Below the pieces are notes generated by a model, which did no database searches, was not told the origin of the DNA, and saw nothing but the letters and a program-made list of their open reading frames with translations. DNA of 64,000 nt from NCBI GenBank assembly GCA_003427395.1, contig BFEA01000040.1, forward strand, positions 3,039,954 through 3,103,953, given 5' to 3'. This document shows, one piece after another, positions 46,301 through 57,500 of this stretch (within the stretch, counting starts at the first letter, position 1; every line of letters begins with the position of its first letter). The position numbers and the translations under genes are program-made. This DNA is from Chara braunii (Eukaryota; Plantae; Charophyceae).

Positions 46301-47782
46301 TTCAGAAACAAAACCAGTGGTTAGCATATGGTCCATCAGCAGGTTCAGCAACATTAGATGCAATATTTTNGTCAAGATACTTNACAACCTTTGCTTNTTN
46401 CTTCAAGGCATACTTGGTTGGTCTATCATTCNANGGAACATGATCCACTGTCCACATCTTGGCCATCTTGATCATGTCCACGTCCAATCGCCCTCTCTCT
46501 TCATCATTAAAGGAGAAGGCACCAGAGAATTTCTGACACATCTTGAAGATATATTCTTTCTCTTTAGGCAGGATAAACTGATCCGAGGCTATCTTCATTG
46601 TGTCAAACCTTTCTTTAGTGACCCTATTCTCCAGTTTTGTTGATTTTCTCAATGCTCTTATAATTTGTCTTTCCTTTTCCAATGCTTCATCATAGTCTTT
46701 CTCTATTAAGACTGCCACTGAGTTTTTCTTCAGCCCCTTGGGCTTGTACTTTCTTTTTGACCCAGTGACTATTTTCCTAAAAAAGGGCGAGTCGATGCAA
46801 ATCTCAATTTCATCTTCCCTCTCTTAGCAGTTTTCACAGCTTTCTTGAAGGCTTCAATTTGTCCATCCTCATCCTCGAGTTTACCAATGNCTCTCATCAT
46901 CTTCGAAACTTGATTGATTCCCACTGAAATCTCTTCTTTTGCTTCACGTTTTCCTTCGTCCTTTAGTCTACTAACCCTTTCAGCAGATTTCTCCCTCCTG
47001 ATCGAGTTAGCAGACAGTTGATGCTTGAACTCATTTTTCGTACTGACCATAAAGGTCTGCTCTTGAGTAGTCTCTAGATCCTGTAGGCTGATCCAAGATG
47101 ACCCCTCATGACTGAAAAATTGGACCACCTCCATCCTATGCAAGAATAGAGTTCCCAAGATACAGTCATGATCCAGGTCAGATACTAGAAAACTCAGTAA
47201 CTCCACAGTCATTGTCCCAACCTTGATAGACAAATTATCAACAAATTCTGCTACGAATAGTTCTCCTGCAATATTACTTAGTACGTTTTGTGTAGGCCTG
47301 TCAATAGATAAATTACATGCTTCCATCGTTCTTCGTGAAAGAAGTATCATCTCTGCCCTAGAATCTACTAGGGCTAAAATATTCACTTGATTAATGCGAA
47401 TTGTAAGATGTCCACAACCCATGGTTGCAAATCTCATCTTGCAACCATGTAGTGATCTATTGACTTGGTTGGGAAAGACTGACCCCAAATAATTAACTTC
47501 CATTTTCTTCTTCTCAATTAACCTTTTCAGTTTTTCTCTCAGTTTGGGTGCTAGCGTCATTGCTTCCTTGAAACACAATGTCATTTTTGTTTCCTCCAGC
47601 ATCTTAGCAATTAGACTAGAAATCACAATCCCATCGTCCAAATCACTCTTGAGGATAAATTTTCTCTTTCTCCCTTGTTCATTCTTTTCCTGTGAACGTT
47701 CCATTTCAGGATCATTAAGGATGTCGATAAGTGACTCCTCAACCTTCTTTCTTTTCTTTTCTTCTATCATTTGAGGTGTCAT
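43394..47782 (-). pseudogene. pol: Pol: aspartic protease, RT, RNase H, integrase (stops and frameshifts)
   Basis: Protease: ALVDSRAE (DSGA motif mutated). RT: VDLYSGYDQ, PQGWTN, xIDD. Connection/RNase H: SFLGVCRFWRIFIPHF, FIIEADGG. Integrase: LHEGVVGGH..CKSCVLC, HLDLI, SDRGS, YHPQANAPVER, RWFGRY (GPY-like). Confidence 0.95.
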
Positions 47783-48168
47783 ACGGGTTTGGTGATTCTA
47801 ACTTCACCAACCCTGACACTAGGTTCCATGATAAGCTCTGGGGGTAGATCACCATGAAATGACATCATGTTAGCCAGGAAATGAACCATTTCATTGGAAG
47901 AGTACTCCACTAATCCAGAGGGATTCTAAAAAGTAGGGTTCCCTCCCAATGGAGACTCACTTGTTGATGCCTCACTAGGCTCACACTCTGTCAATGTTAA
48001 GGACTGCAGAGACAACTCAATCATGGTATGAGGGTCATCTGTTCTTTATATCAGTTCACTAGGCAAATCTCCAGTAAAGAGATGAACATTCACATTGGTC
48101 TTTCTCTTCTTTTTAATCTTCATCTTTTCATCATGCTTAAGAGCAAGAAGCCTCATACCTCCCAGATG

Positions 48169-49284
48169 TCAGGGGTCTAACTTATTCCATGAACTATCAC
48201 AGACGTGGCCCATTGCATCTTTCTTTGTCACCCCATTCCTTACATCCTCCTCAAGAGGCTTGCAATAGGTGGTAATATGTCCACTTTCGCCACAATAGTA
48301 ACAAGTAAAACTCCTCTTAGGACGCTCATCATATTTTCTTTTCTCATTGCTTCCTCCATCACCATTCTTCCTATTCCTTTTGGTTCTGGACGAATCTCCT
48401 TTCTTACCATGATTTTCGTTGTCATCACCATCGTCGTCATCTTCCTCACTTTCAACCTTTTTATTTCCCCTATCATCCACAACATGAGTTGCAGGCCTTG
48501 CAGGCATAAAGTTAGTCATCACCTTTTGAAAAATGTTCTCGGCAGTTAGATTTCTTTCTCTATTCATTCCATTCTCAGTCTCTCAATCCTTGGCCAAAGT
48601 ACTGATCTGATTCAGTGACCATTTCTTATGACAGACAGTAGGTAAAGTTCTTATGATTGCCACAATTTCAGCCCATCTAAGAAGATAGTGCTGAGCTTGA
48701 TTAAGGGCTGTTTGCCTTTCTGTGTCCGTAAAATTTGTCAAAAGTATATGGCATCTCTGAGTTTCGTCCAAATATGGAATTTTTCTTGCTGTTCGGAAGA
48801 AGGTCTGAAGAAAAACATTGAAAGTGTCATATGTAGCTCTTCTGATGTTAAGTAAATCCTTAGTTGTAGTCGGAACTGAATCTTTCTCAAATTCATTTTT
48901 CATCATTTCCTTGACTTCTTCCCAAGTAGTAGCACCTTCCATTAATTCCTGAACTGTCAGTCTTGAGTCAGTATCACAATAAGATAGGAGGTGCTTAAGC
49001 CGTTGCTTATCTGTCCAGCCATTACTGAGTCCAAATAACGCATACTCGTCCAGGAAGTCATTAACCTGTGGTCCTCTGAAGCAGGGAATTCTCTCATCTG
49101 GTTTTTTTGCTCTACCAATATCTGACCCCCCTTTGATTGTATCAACTCTCTCGACCAGTTCCCGTATGACCTCAACCAATGTCTCTTCATTGGTCCCTGC
49201 AGATGTACTCGGTCTTGCTCGCCCTGCCATCTTGACCATATACTTTTCCCAAGTATACCCTTCTCTTTCTGTGACTGTTGTCAT
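48169..49284 (-). pseudogene. gag: Gag (capsid plus CCHC zinc knuckle)
   Basis: IPCFRGPQVNDFLDEY...TWEEVKEMMKNEF capsid-like region and CYYCGESGHITTYC knuckle; split at ~48575. Confidence 0.88.
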
Positions 49285-49300
49285 TTTTCTTCTCTGCCCT

Positions 49301-51039
49301 TCAATCTCTCACTCTCTTCGCAAGAGATACAGGCTCGTTCCTCTCTTCTCTTGTCTGCTCTACCCCCTGATTGTTCTGTACATATAGGGTATAAGCAATA
49401 ATTGATTGGGTAGTGATCAAGGACAGTGCAATCCTTCTCAGCTTTCCAATATAATCTTCAATCAACTCTCTCTCATCATCTCTATTCAACCTTCTATTAT
49501 ACCCCTTTATAGTACCCCGGATCATAAAATATCGAGTCAGGTCTATAATCTCATAATCAAATTGCATCGTTTACAACCCACTGTTGATCCTTCTTGCAAG
49601 AGAGACCCGTTCTTCAAAAATGTGATACGATACTCTCTCAATAGTTCCCACTTTCATCACCTTTAACAGATAGTTTATCTCAGTCTGGTCAGTGGTAACT
49701 CTCAAGGCAGAGTCTCTCATGCGATCTAAGAAAGGTTGCAAAAACTCAAGCTCATCTAGGGGAGAAAAATTTCTGTCAGAGATCCTAAGAGTCCCTTCTA
49801 TCTTGACTTGTTTACTCTCCAACACAACTCCTAGTGTCAGCTGTTCAGTCAAACTGGACATTGCTAATCATCATAAGAAACATCTGAAAGATAGATCTCA
49901 GGTTGGACACAATTAGGGATCTCAAATCTGTGTTCGAAGGTACTCAGGAGCAGGGATTTTATCATCACAGTGGAGTCTTTTTCTCTTGCTCTACCAGTCT
50001 CAGCAATGGTTCCCAACAGAGGCATCCAGTCTCTCCTACCTTCAAATCCCTTAACAATTGAAAACTCAGGAAGCCTCTCAAATTGTCTCACTTCTTTTCC
50101 TTGGTTACTTTTCTCTTTAGCTTTTCACATCGTTTCTTGATTCTTATGAGAATAATATAAGCGTCTGTGTGAGACTTTCAAATAGTCATCTTCATTTTCT
50201 AGGCCTGCTGATACATAAATCCGTACATCCAGACTGCCAGCACTCAGGAATTTGACCACTGGTATGTGAAATATTATGAGCCCTCCCTCACAAGTCTCAT
50301 ATCTCAGGATCACAAAAGGACTATCACACCCTACTACCTCATACAGTTTACCCCTCACAGTAGTTATCCTGGCTACTGAGAATATTCTTCTTGGACTCTC
50401 TTCACTTCCCATGCAAACTTTATCATGGCGTACCAATTGTTTTTAGATAGATTGATATCAGGTAAGGGAGGGACTGGGAATCCATCAAAGACAACAAATC
50501 GAGTCGACCCAATGAAGCATTTGTTCTCTCTCTCAAGTCTCTCTTTCTCTCTCATTACTACCTCTTCAGCAAATCCCCAGCATCTCTCATACACTGCATC
50601 AACACTTCTTTCCTTTGGGACATAGATTCTTACGTCATACATATCCAAGTCTGTAAAATAGAATGTCAGTATATATAATCGTTCCTGCTCCCGTCCGCTC
50701 TCGACCATCTCATACCTGACAACTTCATATGGAAATGTCTCTCTCTTACTTAGAGTATTCAGCGACCTTAGGAGACCTTTAATCTTCTCTTGACTTGAAC
50801 CCGAACCTCTACCGAAATTTGACATTTTTTGTCTGATTACTTCTGCTGAAACCTCTTGAGCTCTCATGACCACTGTTTCTTTTCTCTCTTGCCAATATCA
50901 TGTTGATTATCGACAGCCAGTTAGTCCCATCACAATAACTGTGAGGTATAGGAGGGATTGGACAAGCCTCATACCTGTAAGGAAATATCCCTCTTCTAGT
51001 AAATTTAAACAATTCTTTCAGAACACCGTCGACCAGCAT
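49301..51039 (-). pseudogene. Extra pre-gag ORF with tandem copies of an unrecognised ~120-aa domain (frameshifted)
   Basis: Pieces 50809-51039, 50373-50873, 50125-50436, 49864-50091, 49571-49861 and 49301-49567 carry recurring FPY..RYE, DVRIYV and P.P.......W...I motifs. Confidence 0.65.
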
Positions 51040-51351
51040 CTGTCCCGATCCGTTTCACCATTCCTTTCAATTCCTTTCAGTATGTTGGGCGATAATTAGG
51101 CATACCTGGTATCAAGCTCAAATCTCTCCGGTCAATAATGTCAATCTCCTTTTCCCGATCCAGTGTGATACCTCACACAATGAAGAAATGAATCACAGTT
51201 AGTAGCCATGATTCTCAAGAAAATCGAGATGTGAATCAAAATAATAAAATAAACATGAAGCTCTCAGAAATGTCAACAGTTCTCACGTTCCAATCAAGGC
51301 TCAAAGATGATAATGACCCAGATTCGTTTCGGACACGAAATTCTTTTCATG

Positions 51352-51369
51352 TCCCCTGCAACGGCGCCA
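51352..51369 (-). promoter_or_regulatory. Primer binding site complementary to tRNA-Asp 3' end (Athila-type)
   Basis: The minus strand reads LTR..GCGACA-AAAA-TGGCGCCGTTGCAGGGGA. Confidence 0.85.
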
Positions 51370-51850
51370 TTTTTGTCGCACTTTTTCCAGTCGAGCCTCT
51401 TAGGGCAACCGGAAAGCCAAAAGGCTGTCACGCAGAATTTTGTATATGATTGCAATAAATAAAATAAATTAAATAATGCAAATCCCTTCCTGTTGTGTGC
51501 GTCCGGCTTCAAGCGAGACCCTTCAATTGCGATCTTCGCCGGTCCCCAGTCTTAGGAATCTTTTATTTTGATTCGGAACAGCGGAGAATTAATACAAACA
51601 ATAATCATAAAATTATGGGGTGCTATGCATGCATCAATTATGTCAATCTGATTTTGAGAACTGTGACAAAATGTCCACAATGGCAATCATCAAGCAAGAA
51701 TAATGCAGAAAACAAGAGTGACTGACTCAAACAAAACAGAGGCAATCGAGTGAGGGAAGAATGATAACTCATAATAATCTCTGAAAGTACACATAAACGA
51801 GCGTGGTCAGCACCTCTCAAGAGTCCTCACTCATCCCTCTGGTTCATCTC

Positions 51851-53006
51851 TCAATCTCTTTTCACTACTCCTCTATGGTGCCGAGGTCCACGCCTACGTA
51901 CAATCTGAGACTGAGGCTTCGTGACGAAAAGCCACCTGTAGCTAGCTAGCTCTGAGCATGACCATCCGAGGCACATGACACGGTAGTTAACCATTGAGCA
52001 AAACTGCTCCCACAAAGTAGGCAGTCCATCTACTGAAAAGACTCCTCGTCTGAAGTAGGGGAACTCGTTGGGCTCTGTCAACGCTTCAATGTCGATTACC
52101 GCAGGAGAGATATACCTCTTTGCCAGACCAATTACATCCAGCCAACTCGTGCCATCAGTGAGAAGGGAAGGGACTGGACGCCTTGGATAGTCAGTATAAA
52201 GCATCGTCCCGAAGCTGCGGATCAGAGTAGTGTCACTCTCATCGAGCTCCCTCTCCCTCTGCTCGAGATACCTTGTGGCAGAGATCCAAACTGCGTCAAA
52301 ATGATCATGAGCCTCCTTCCCCTTTTTCAGGTATGGCCTCAGGTCATGAATAGTACCATTTGCAAAGCTGGTCTGGACAACGAAGATTGACAGATCTCCC
52401 TGTCTGAAACCAATGGCATTAACATACTGATAATGAAATGCCTCTTTGCATAAAATCCGATTGAGGTTGGCCAGCACTGACTCACTGACTGGCGCAGACT
52501 GAACTGTGCTCATCAGTAGCTTTGCCAGTACAGGCTGATCAGACGGTCCCGGAGAACTAACTACCAAGCTGACCGTAGGGAACCGATTACCGAAAAACTG
52601 ATTGCTGATAATAGATTGTTGACTAAATGAATGTTGATGATTGATTGTTGATTAAATAATCGCTGATGACTAATTGCTGAGTAAATGGTCGTTGATGACT
52701 GATTGCTGATTGTCCAGGTAGGTGAGCTGTTCTTGTTCAGAGACAGAACACTCACTAGTGGCCGCTAACAATCCTTCGTGCTTCCTCAATAGTGCCCACT
52801 GAAGTTATGGTGGCACATAGCCTGCCAATCTTATCATGCAGGCAGTACGTGTATTCGATTTTTGTATGATCCCTCACGAGAACCAGCGCACGTTCCATCA
52901 TCATAGCAGTCTGCTGATTGTACTCCTCAACTGCTCTCTCCCTCCAGGTCTCTTCAGCACTCTGATACAACAAGCAGAAGACTCTAACTGTGTTGCTGCT
53001 GTCCAT
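51851..53006 (-). CDS. LTR-encoded two-exon gene of unknown function (~322 aa)
   Basis: Exon 53006-52756 ends TA|gtgagt. The intron spans 52755-52569 (..ggtcag|C) and joins in frame (Tyr) to the 238-aa ORF 52567-51851. Confidence 0.55.
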
Positions 53007-53831
53007 ATTCTCACTGAATTCTCGTTACATCAGATCACCAAACTCGAGACGCGTGACTCTTGGATGATATAAGTGTGAAAAGACTATTGGGCAGATTGCT
53101 GTTTTGAATGGTTGTTTCAGATTGTCGTTTCTTGCTGCTGTTTNTGGTTGTTGTTCTAGATGCGGTTCTCTGTTGTCATTCGCTCACCGTTTGATTACCA
53201 GTTGATTGTTGTTAANGCGATTACTGCTCAGGAGGGTGGTTTCNAATTACAGGCTGATTGCTGCTCTGAAAACTAATTGCTTGATAAAGTACACTCGTTG
53301 ACGTTTGAGTTGGTTGTTTGCTGATTAAATGCAAATTGAGAGACAACCNAATCCACAGTTAAATACCGGTCAGAGCACCATCCTAAGTACTGCTCTGAAT
53401 GTGGCTCCAAGTACTTGTCCTGAGAACTGCTCTTAGTACAGCTCCAGGTACAGTTACGATAACTGCCCAAGTACAGTTCCGAGCACAGTTAAGTCCAGAA
53501 TACAGAGCCCAAATCCGGACCTGAAGACCGTTCAAAGTAGTCAGAGTCCTGATCTGAACACCTTCTATTCTGGCCGGTTATATGTTGATTAGTCGCTGAC
53601 TGAAAACTGAACGCTATCGTTTGACTGTTGACGGCGTAGACTGAGTGTTGTTGATGTTTGCTGATAAAGGGCAAGATGCTAGAGGTCGAGATAACAGTAG
53701 TCTGCCAATAAACGCCTGCTGTCAGATCAAGTTGACCGCAAAAATTGTCATTCAGAAGTGCTTTCTCTGACCACTGACTGGTTGCGAAACATCAAACAAG
53801 TAAAAGACAGAATAGTGGTTGAGTAAGAATC

Positions 53832-54030
53832 CGAGTATGGTTCAAAGTATGATTCGGAGTATGGTTCTGAGTATGGTTTCGGATACGGTTCTGAGTATGG
53901 TTCCAGTTACAGTTCTGAATATGGTTCCGCATACGGTTCTGAGTATGGTTCCTGATACGGTTCTGAGTATGGTTCCGGATAGAGTTTTGAATATGGTTCC
54001 GGATACGGTTCTAAGTATGGTTCCGGATGC
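53832..54030. repeat. 24-bp (12-bp subunit) minisatellite inside the LTR (copy at ~34731-34930)
   Basis: GAGTATGGTTCCGGATACGGTTCT repeated about 8 times. Confidence 0.92.
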
Positions 54031-54300
54031 CTTTCGAATACTTGCTCTAGATACAGTCCCCAATTGCTTCCTCAGAGAACCTGTTCTCTGACAGCCGTTT
54101 CCGGTTACCACTCTGATCATTGTGCCGATCCCGATGGCAGAATGTTGATCCTAGTCTAGTCCCTACTCTGGCTGTCTAAATATGTACCGAGTATTCGGAT
54201 TGTTGACACCAGCATCCTCATGCGACAGAGGAGGCCGCAGACTTCCACTATTTGGACACTAGTAAAAATTCTGGAAACGATGATCTGAACTCTGTTGGGC

Positions 54301-54546
54301 TCACGCAAGTTTTGCCTTGACCTGCTCCACGCTCTCTAACGAAGAACCAGTACTATGCAGTTTACCATCGGGACCGTAAAAGTAGATCATATATTCGATG
54401 TACTTTCTCTCTCCTGCTGTTTCAACCGCAAACTCTCTTTGAGTTAGTCTATGTCTTTCCATATCCCTACTTGCCTCTTCCTCCCAGCCTTCTCTCTTAT
54501 TTCTATCTGATCTACCTTTCACCATTAGAATCTCGTCCTTCCTCAT
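54301..54546 (-). CDS. Small LTR-encoded ORF/exon paralogous to 52755-53006 (copy at 35199-35444)
   Basis: Gap-free alignment with the 52755-53006 peptide (W.E.A, E.A, IEY, G(K/R)L..T..S..(V/I)E). It ends at a phase-2 GTGAG donor-like site. Confidence 0.5.
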   Translation of the reverse strand: MRKDEILMVKGRSDRNKREGWEEEASRDMERHRLTQREFAVETAGERKYIEYMIYFYGPDGKLHSTGSSLESVEQVKAKLA

Positions 54547-57500
54547 GACTTCTTCACGATCAATATCACAGATTTACCAAGTAGGTATGTATATAACGAG
54601 TTCTCTGACTGTGCACAAGGTTTGTCTGTACTTATACTGAATTACCGGGGCCCACACTGGGCTGTATGGGTCTATATGCAGATTGCCTGAGTCTGTTTCG
54701 CATGAGTCAAAGTTTTCCTGAACTGGGGTTACCATTAATCCACTGGTGTAGATGCAAGGCTACGAGAGTCTCCCTTGCGAACAGTTCTCAATTTAACTCC
54801 TCAACCTCGGGATAGAGACCCAGCACGAATGGTCCTGACCCTTCAGAAAACAAAACTTAGGGTGCTATTGACTGAGGACCACCCTGTCCCTCGCGCTCGA
54901 TTACACAGACAAATCTCACCCTTAAAGACTGATCACGAATTCAATCAGAGCATGCTCACCTCCTGGTCGGGCTTTTGTTAAAGATGGACACCCTTGCGAC
55001 AACCTCGACACCACACAGTTCATTATGCACAGAGCGCGGGACAATGTAAACAAAAGCCCTCATCACCCGAATAGCGCAACTACGATCTCCACTCATGTAT
55101 CACATAGTAGTTTTGTTATTGATACAAGTGAAGCTCATGTCTGAATCTCGCCTAGTGCCGAACTAGTTACGAGATCATCGTTGATAACTCAATCAAAAGG
55201 ATTTCAAGGGATCTGTAGGCCGCACTCAGTCTGTCCTCGAGTACCATGGCTCAGGGAAACACAACAAAACGCATATTTACTCACCAAGCTCACTACTCAG
55301 GACATTGAGCCCTCTGCTCTCGCCCCCTTAAAAGACAAGAAAATTTAACAATTAAGACCCGACTCTGCCTAAAATGTCACAACACATCATAGTATCTCAT
55401 GGGATTTTACCTTGTGAGTAATTAGATTCCGAAATCCGACCCACAGGTGAGCTGGCATACCAGAACCTAGTTGAGCGTTCCTCTGAGTACCGCAAAACAT
55501 GAACTCTGTGTACTTTTCTCAACCCACAAATGCACTCTGATTTCCCGATGGCTTACCCGTTACCCATTATGCACTTGAGCCAGCTAAAATTAAAGTGCAG
55601 ATCACTAATNTTTCTCAACCCACAAATGCACTCTGATTTCCCGATGGCTTACCCGTTACCCATTATGCACTTGAGCCAGCTAAAATTAAAGTGCAGATCA
55701 CTAATCCCCGTCAAAGAAATATTTAGCCAGTAGGTAAGCGACTTTTCTCAGCACCAGTTTTCTCTTGTTCATAGTCAAAACTAGACCATCACGCTCAATT
55801 CAGTCCGAGTGTCTGTGAGAGTAGCACAAAAGTCCTTCGGCAGCGTCAAGTAACCAATCAAGAAAAATAAAAAAAATACCCTTATTAAGAGCGAAAACTT
55901 CAGAAGAGCTCGTAGCCAACAGTAAAACTACCCCTTTTGCTGTGCAAAGCTACTTGACCCTTCCAAGACACTACCTACTCACCCTGCCAAGCAACCTTGT
56001 TAGGATTACGTGGGAACGCAATATCTAGAGTCTTGTTAAGGTTCTTTTGATTTTGGTCGCTATCAACCACTCCCTTAAGCGGCATGATCTTTCGGTACCC
56101 AAGTATACTTAGCTGTCAGTTTAGTCCTCTCGGTCTCGCAGCCACTACTCCTGTCGAGGATGACTGGTCTTCACATGTAAAGCTTGAACTCACATCTTAA
56201 GTCTATCAGAAGTCAGGCCCTGACCGCTGAGCTCACTAACCAAACAAACAATACTCATCACTATCATCCTCCATAACAAAAAAAACTTAGCATGGCCCCA
56301 CTCGTAATGATTAGCAGCCTGCACGTTCCCTCTCAACTTCTCGAATTTCAAGAAGCAAGGAGCAGACGGGTGTCACGTTGAAGTTGAATCAAGATTCATG
56401 TTGCGACAAAATGCTGACATCAGCAGCTAACTCGCGCGTATACTTTCTCATGCGAACCGTCTCTCCTTACTTCACGCGCGTCATGCACTCTCNTGAGAAC
56501 ATATCNTCACACATNTNTCCTTTCTCTGTTCAGCATGCGGGTGGTGATCAGCACACCGTTATACCGGCCCTNTTTTACCTTTGCAGATTGCGNGCAATGC
56601 CCTTGTCTTCTTTGAACANCAGAAGACTGGCNGTGCCAAGCACAAAGCTCCTCTCATCCTTCATGGCTATACANCATTGTCGGTTGGCAGCNATGACCTC
56701 ACCGTCTTCTCACACGGTCNCTGGCTTTGTTACNTGCGACCTGTACATGCACTTAACTACCTTCCCACTCAATCACCGCGCTCNCTCGCGCCNACTTGCC
56801 TACGTCTACTCTCCGTAGCTTGTNNTGTANCGCAGTCNGATTGACGTAGGCATCTCCCTTCACNTACACTTGGCTCTAGCCCCCCCTTTTTCCCGTTGAC
56901 CCTTTAGTCACGCTCTATCAGGCNACCACGCAGGAGTCAAGTGTACTGCCCACCCTCTCTCTTATTCCTACCGCNGACTGCCTCCTTACAGGACACNCCA
57001 CCTGTCGTGCATGTTCCCATGCAACTNCNCTTACCTCCCCGTTTCAAGTTNCGTTCCGCTNACACTCTCTTCCCCTCTCACAAAACCACGTACTAATTAA
57101 CGGGTAATTANAGCCTAAGCACAGTGTAAAAGNTGCTNATCCAAGTCCCAAACAGANAGGGACCGTGCTCAATGCGNGGCAAAGCAATTCGAGTAGCAAC
57201 TNACATCGCGCTTCGCAGACTAGCATCTCTAGATNGTTACTTCTCGNGTTGTCCCTNNGGGTTCCTCTTTCCTCATCTTTTCATCATTACTGCAGGTGCG
57301 AGCTTGCCACACGAACGTGCGAGCGGTGGTTGATGTCAAATACCCTCTGTGAACTAGCGTCCTACCTTACTCACACCGTCTCCCTTTTCGCTGGCTCTCC
57401 TCTCATACACCAGGCCGTGCTACGTGCAGTCCACCACGCTCGCACATAACCACCTATCGACGCAATCGCCGCGCTTGCTCTCTCTGACTCACTACCTGCC

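Larger units (their letters stand above)
32272..51373 (-). mobile_element. Giant Ty3/Gypsy LTR retrotransposon, unit 1 (3' LTR plus internal region, 19,102-bp period)
   Basis: The LTR edge TGTCGCAC at 32272 recurs at 51374. The PBS is next to the second copy, and gag-PR-RT-RH-INT lie in order on the minus strand. Confidence 0.92.

Noticed and set aside
53819-54120. ORFs on both strands with 8-aa repeats
   Set aside because: Explained by the stop-free 24-bp minisatellite.
55515-55706. ~96-bp tandem duplication in LTR 2
   Set aside because: It has the same single-N signature and is absent from LTR 1.
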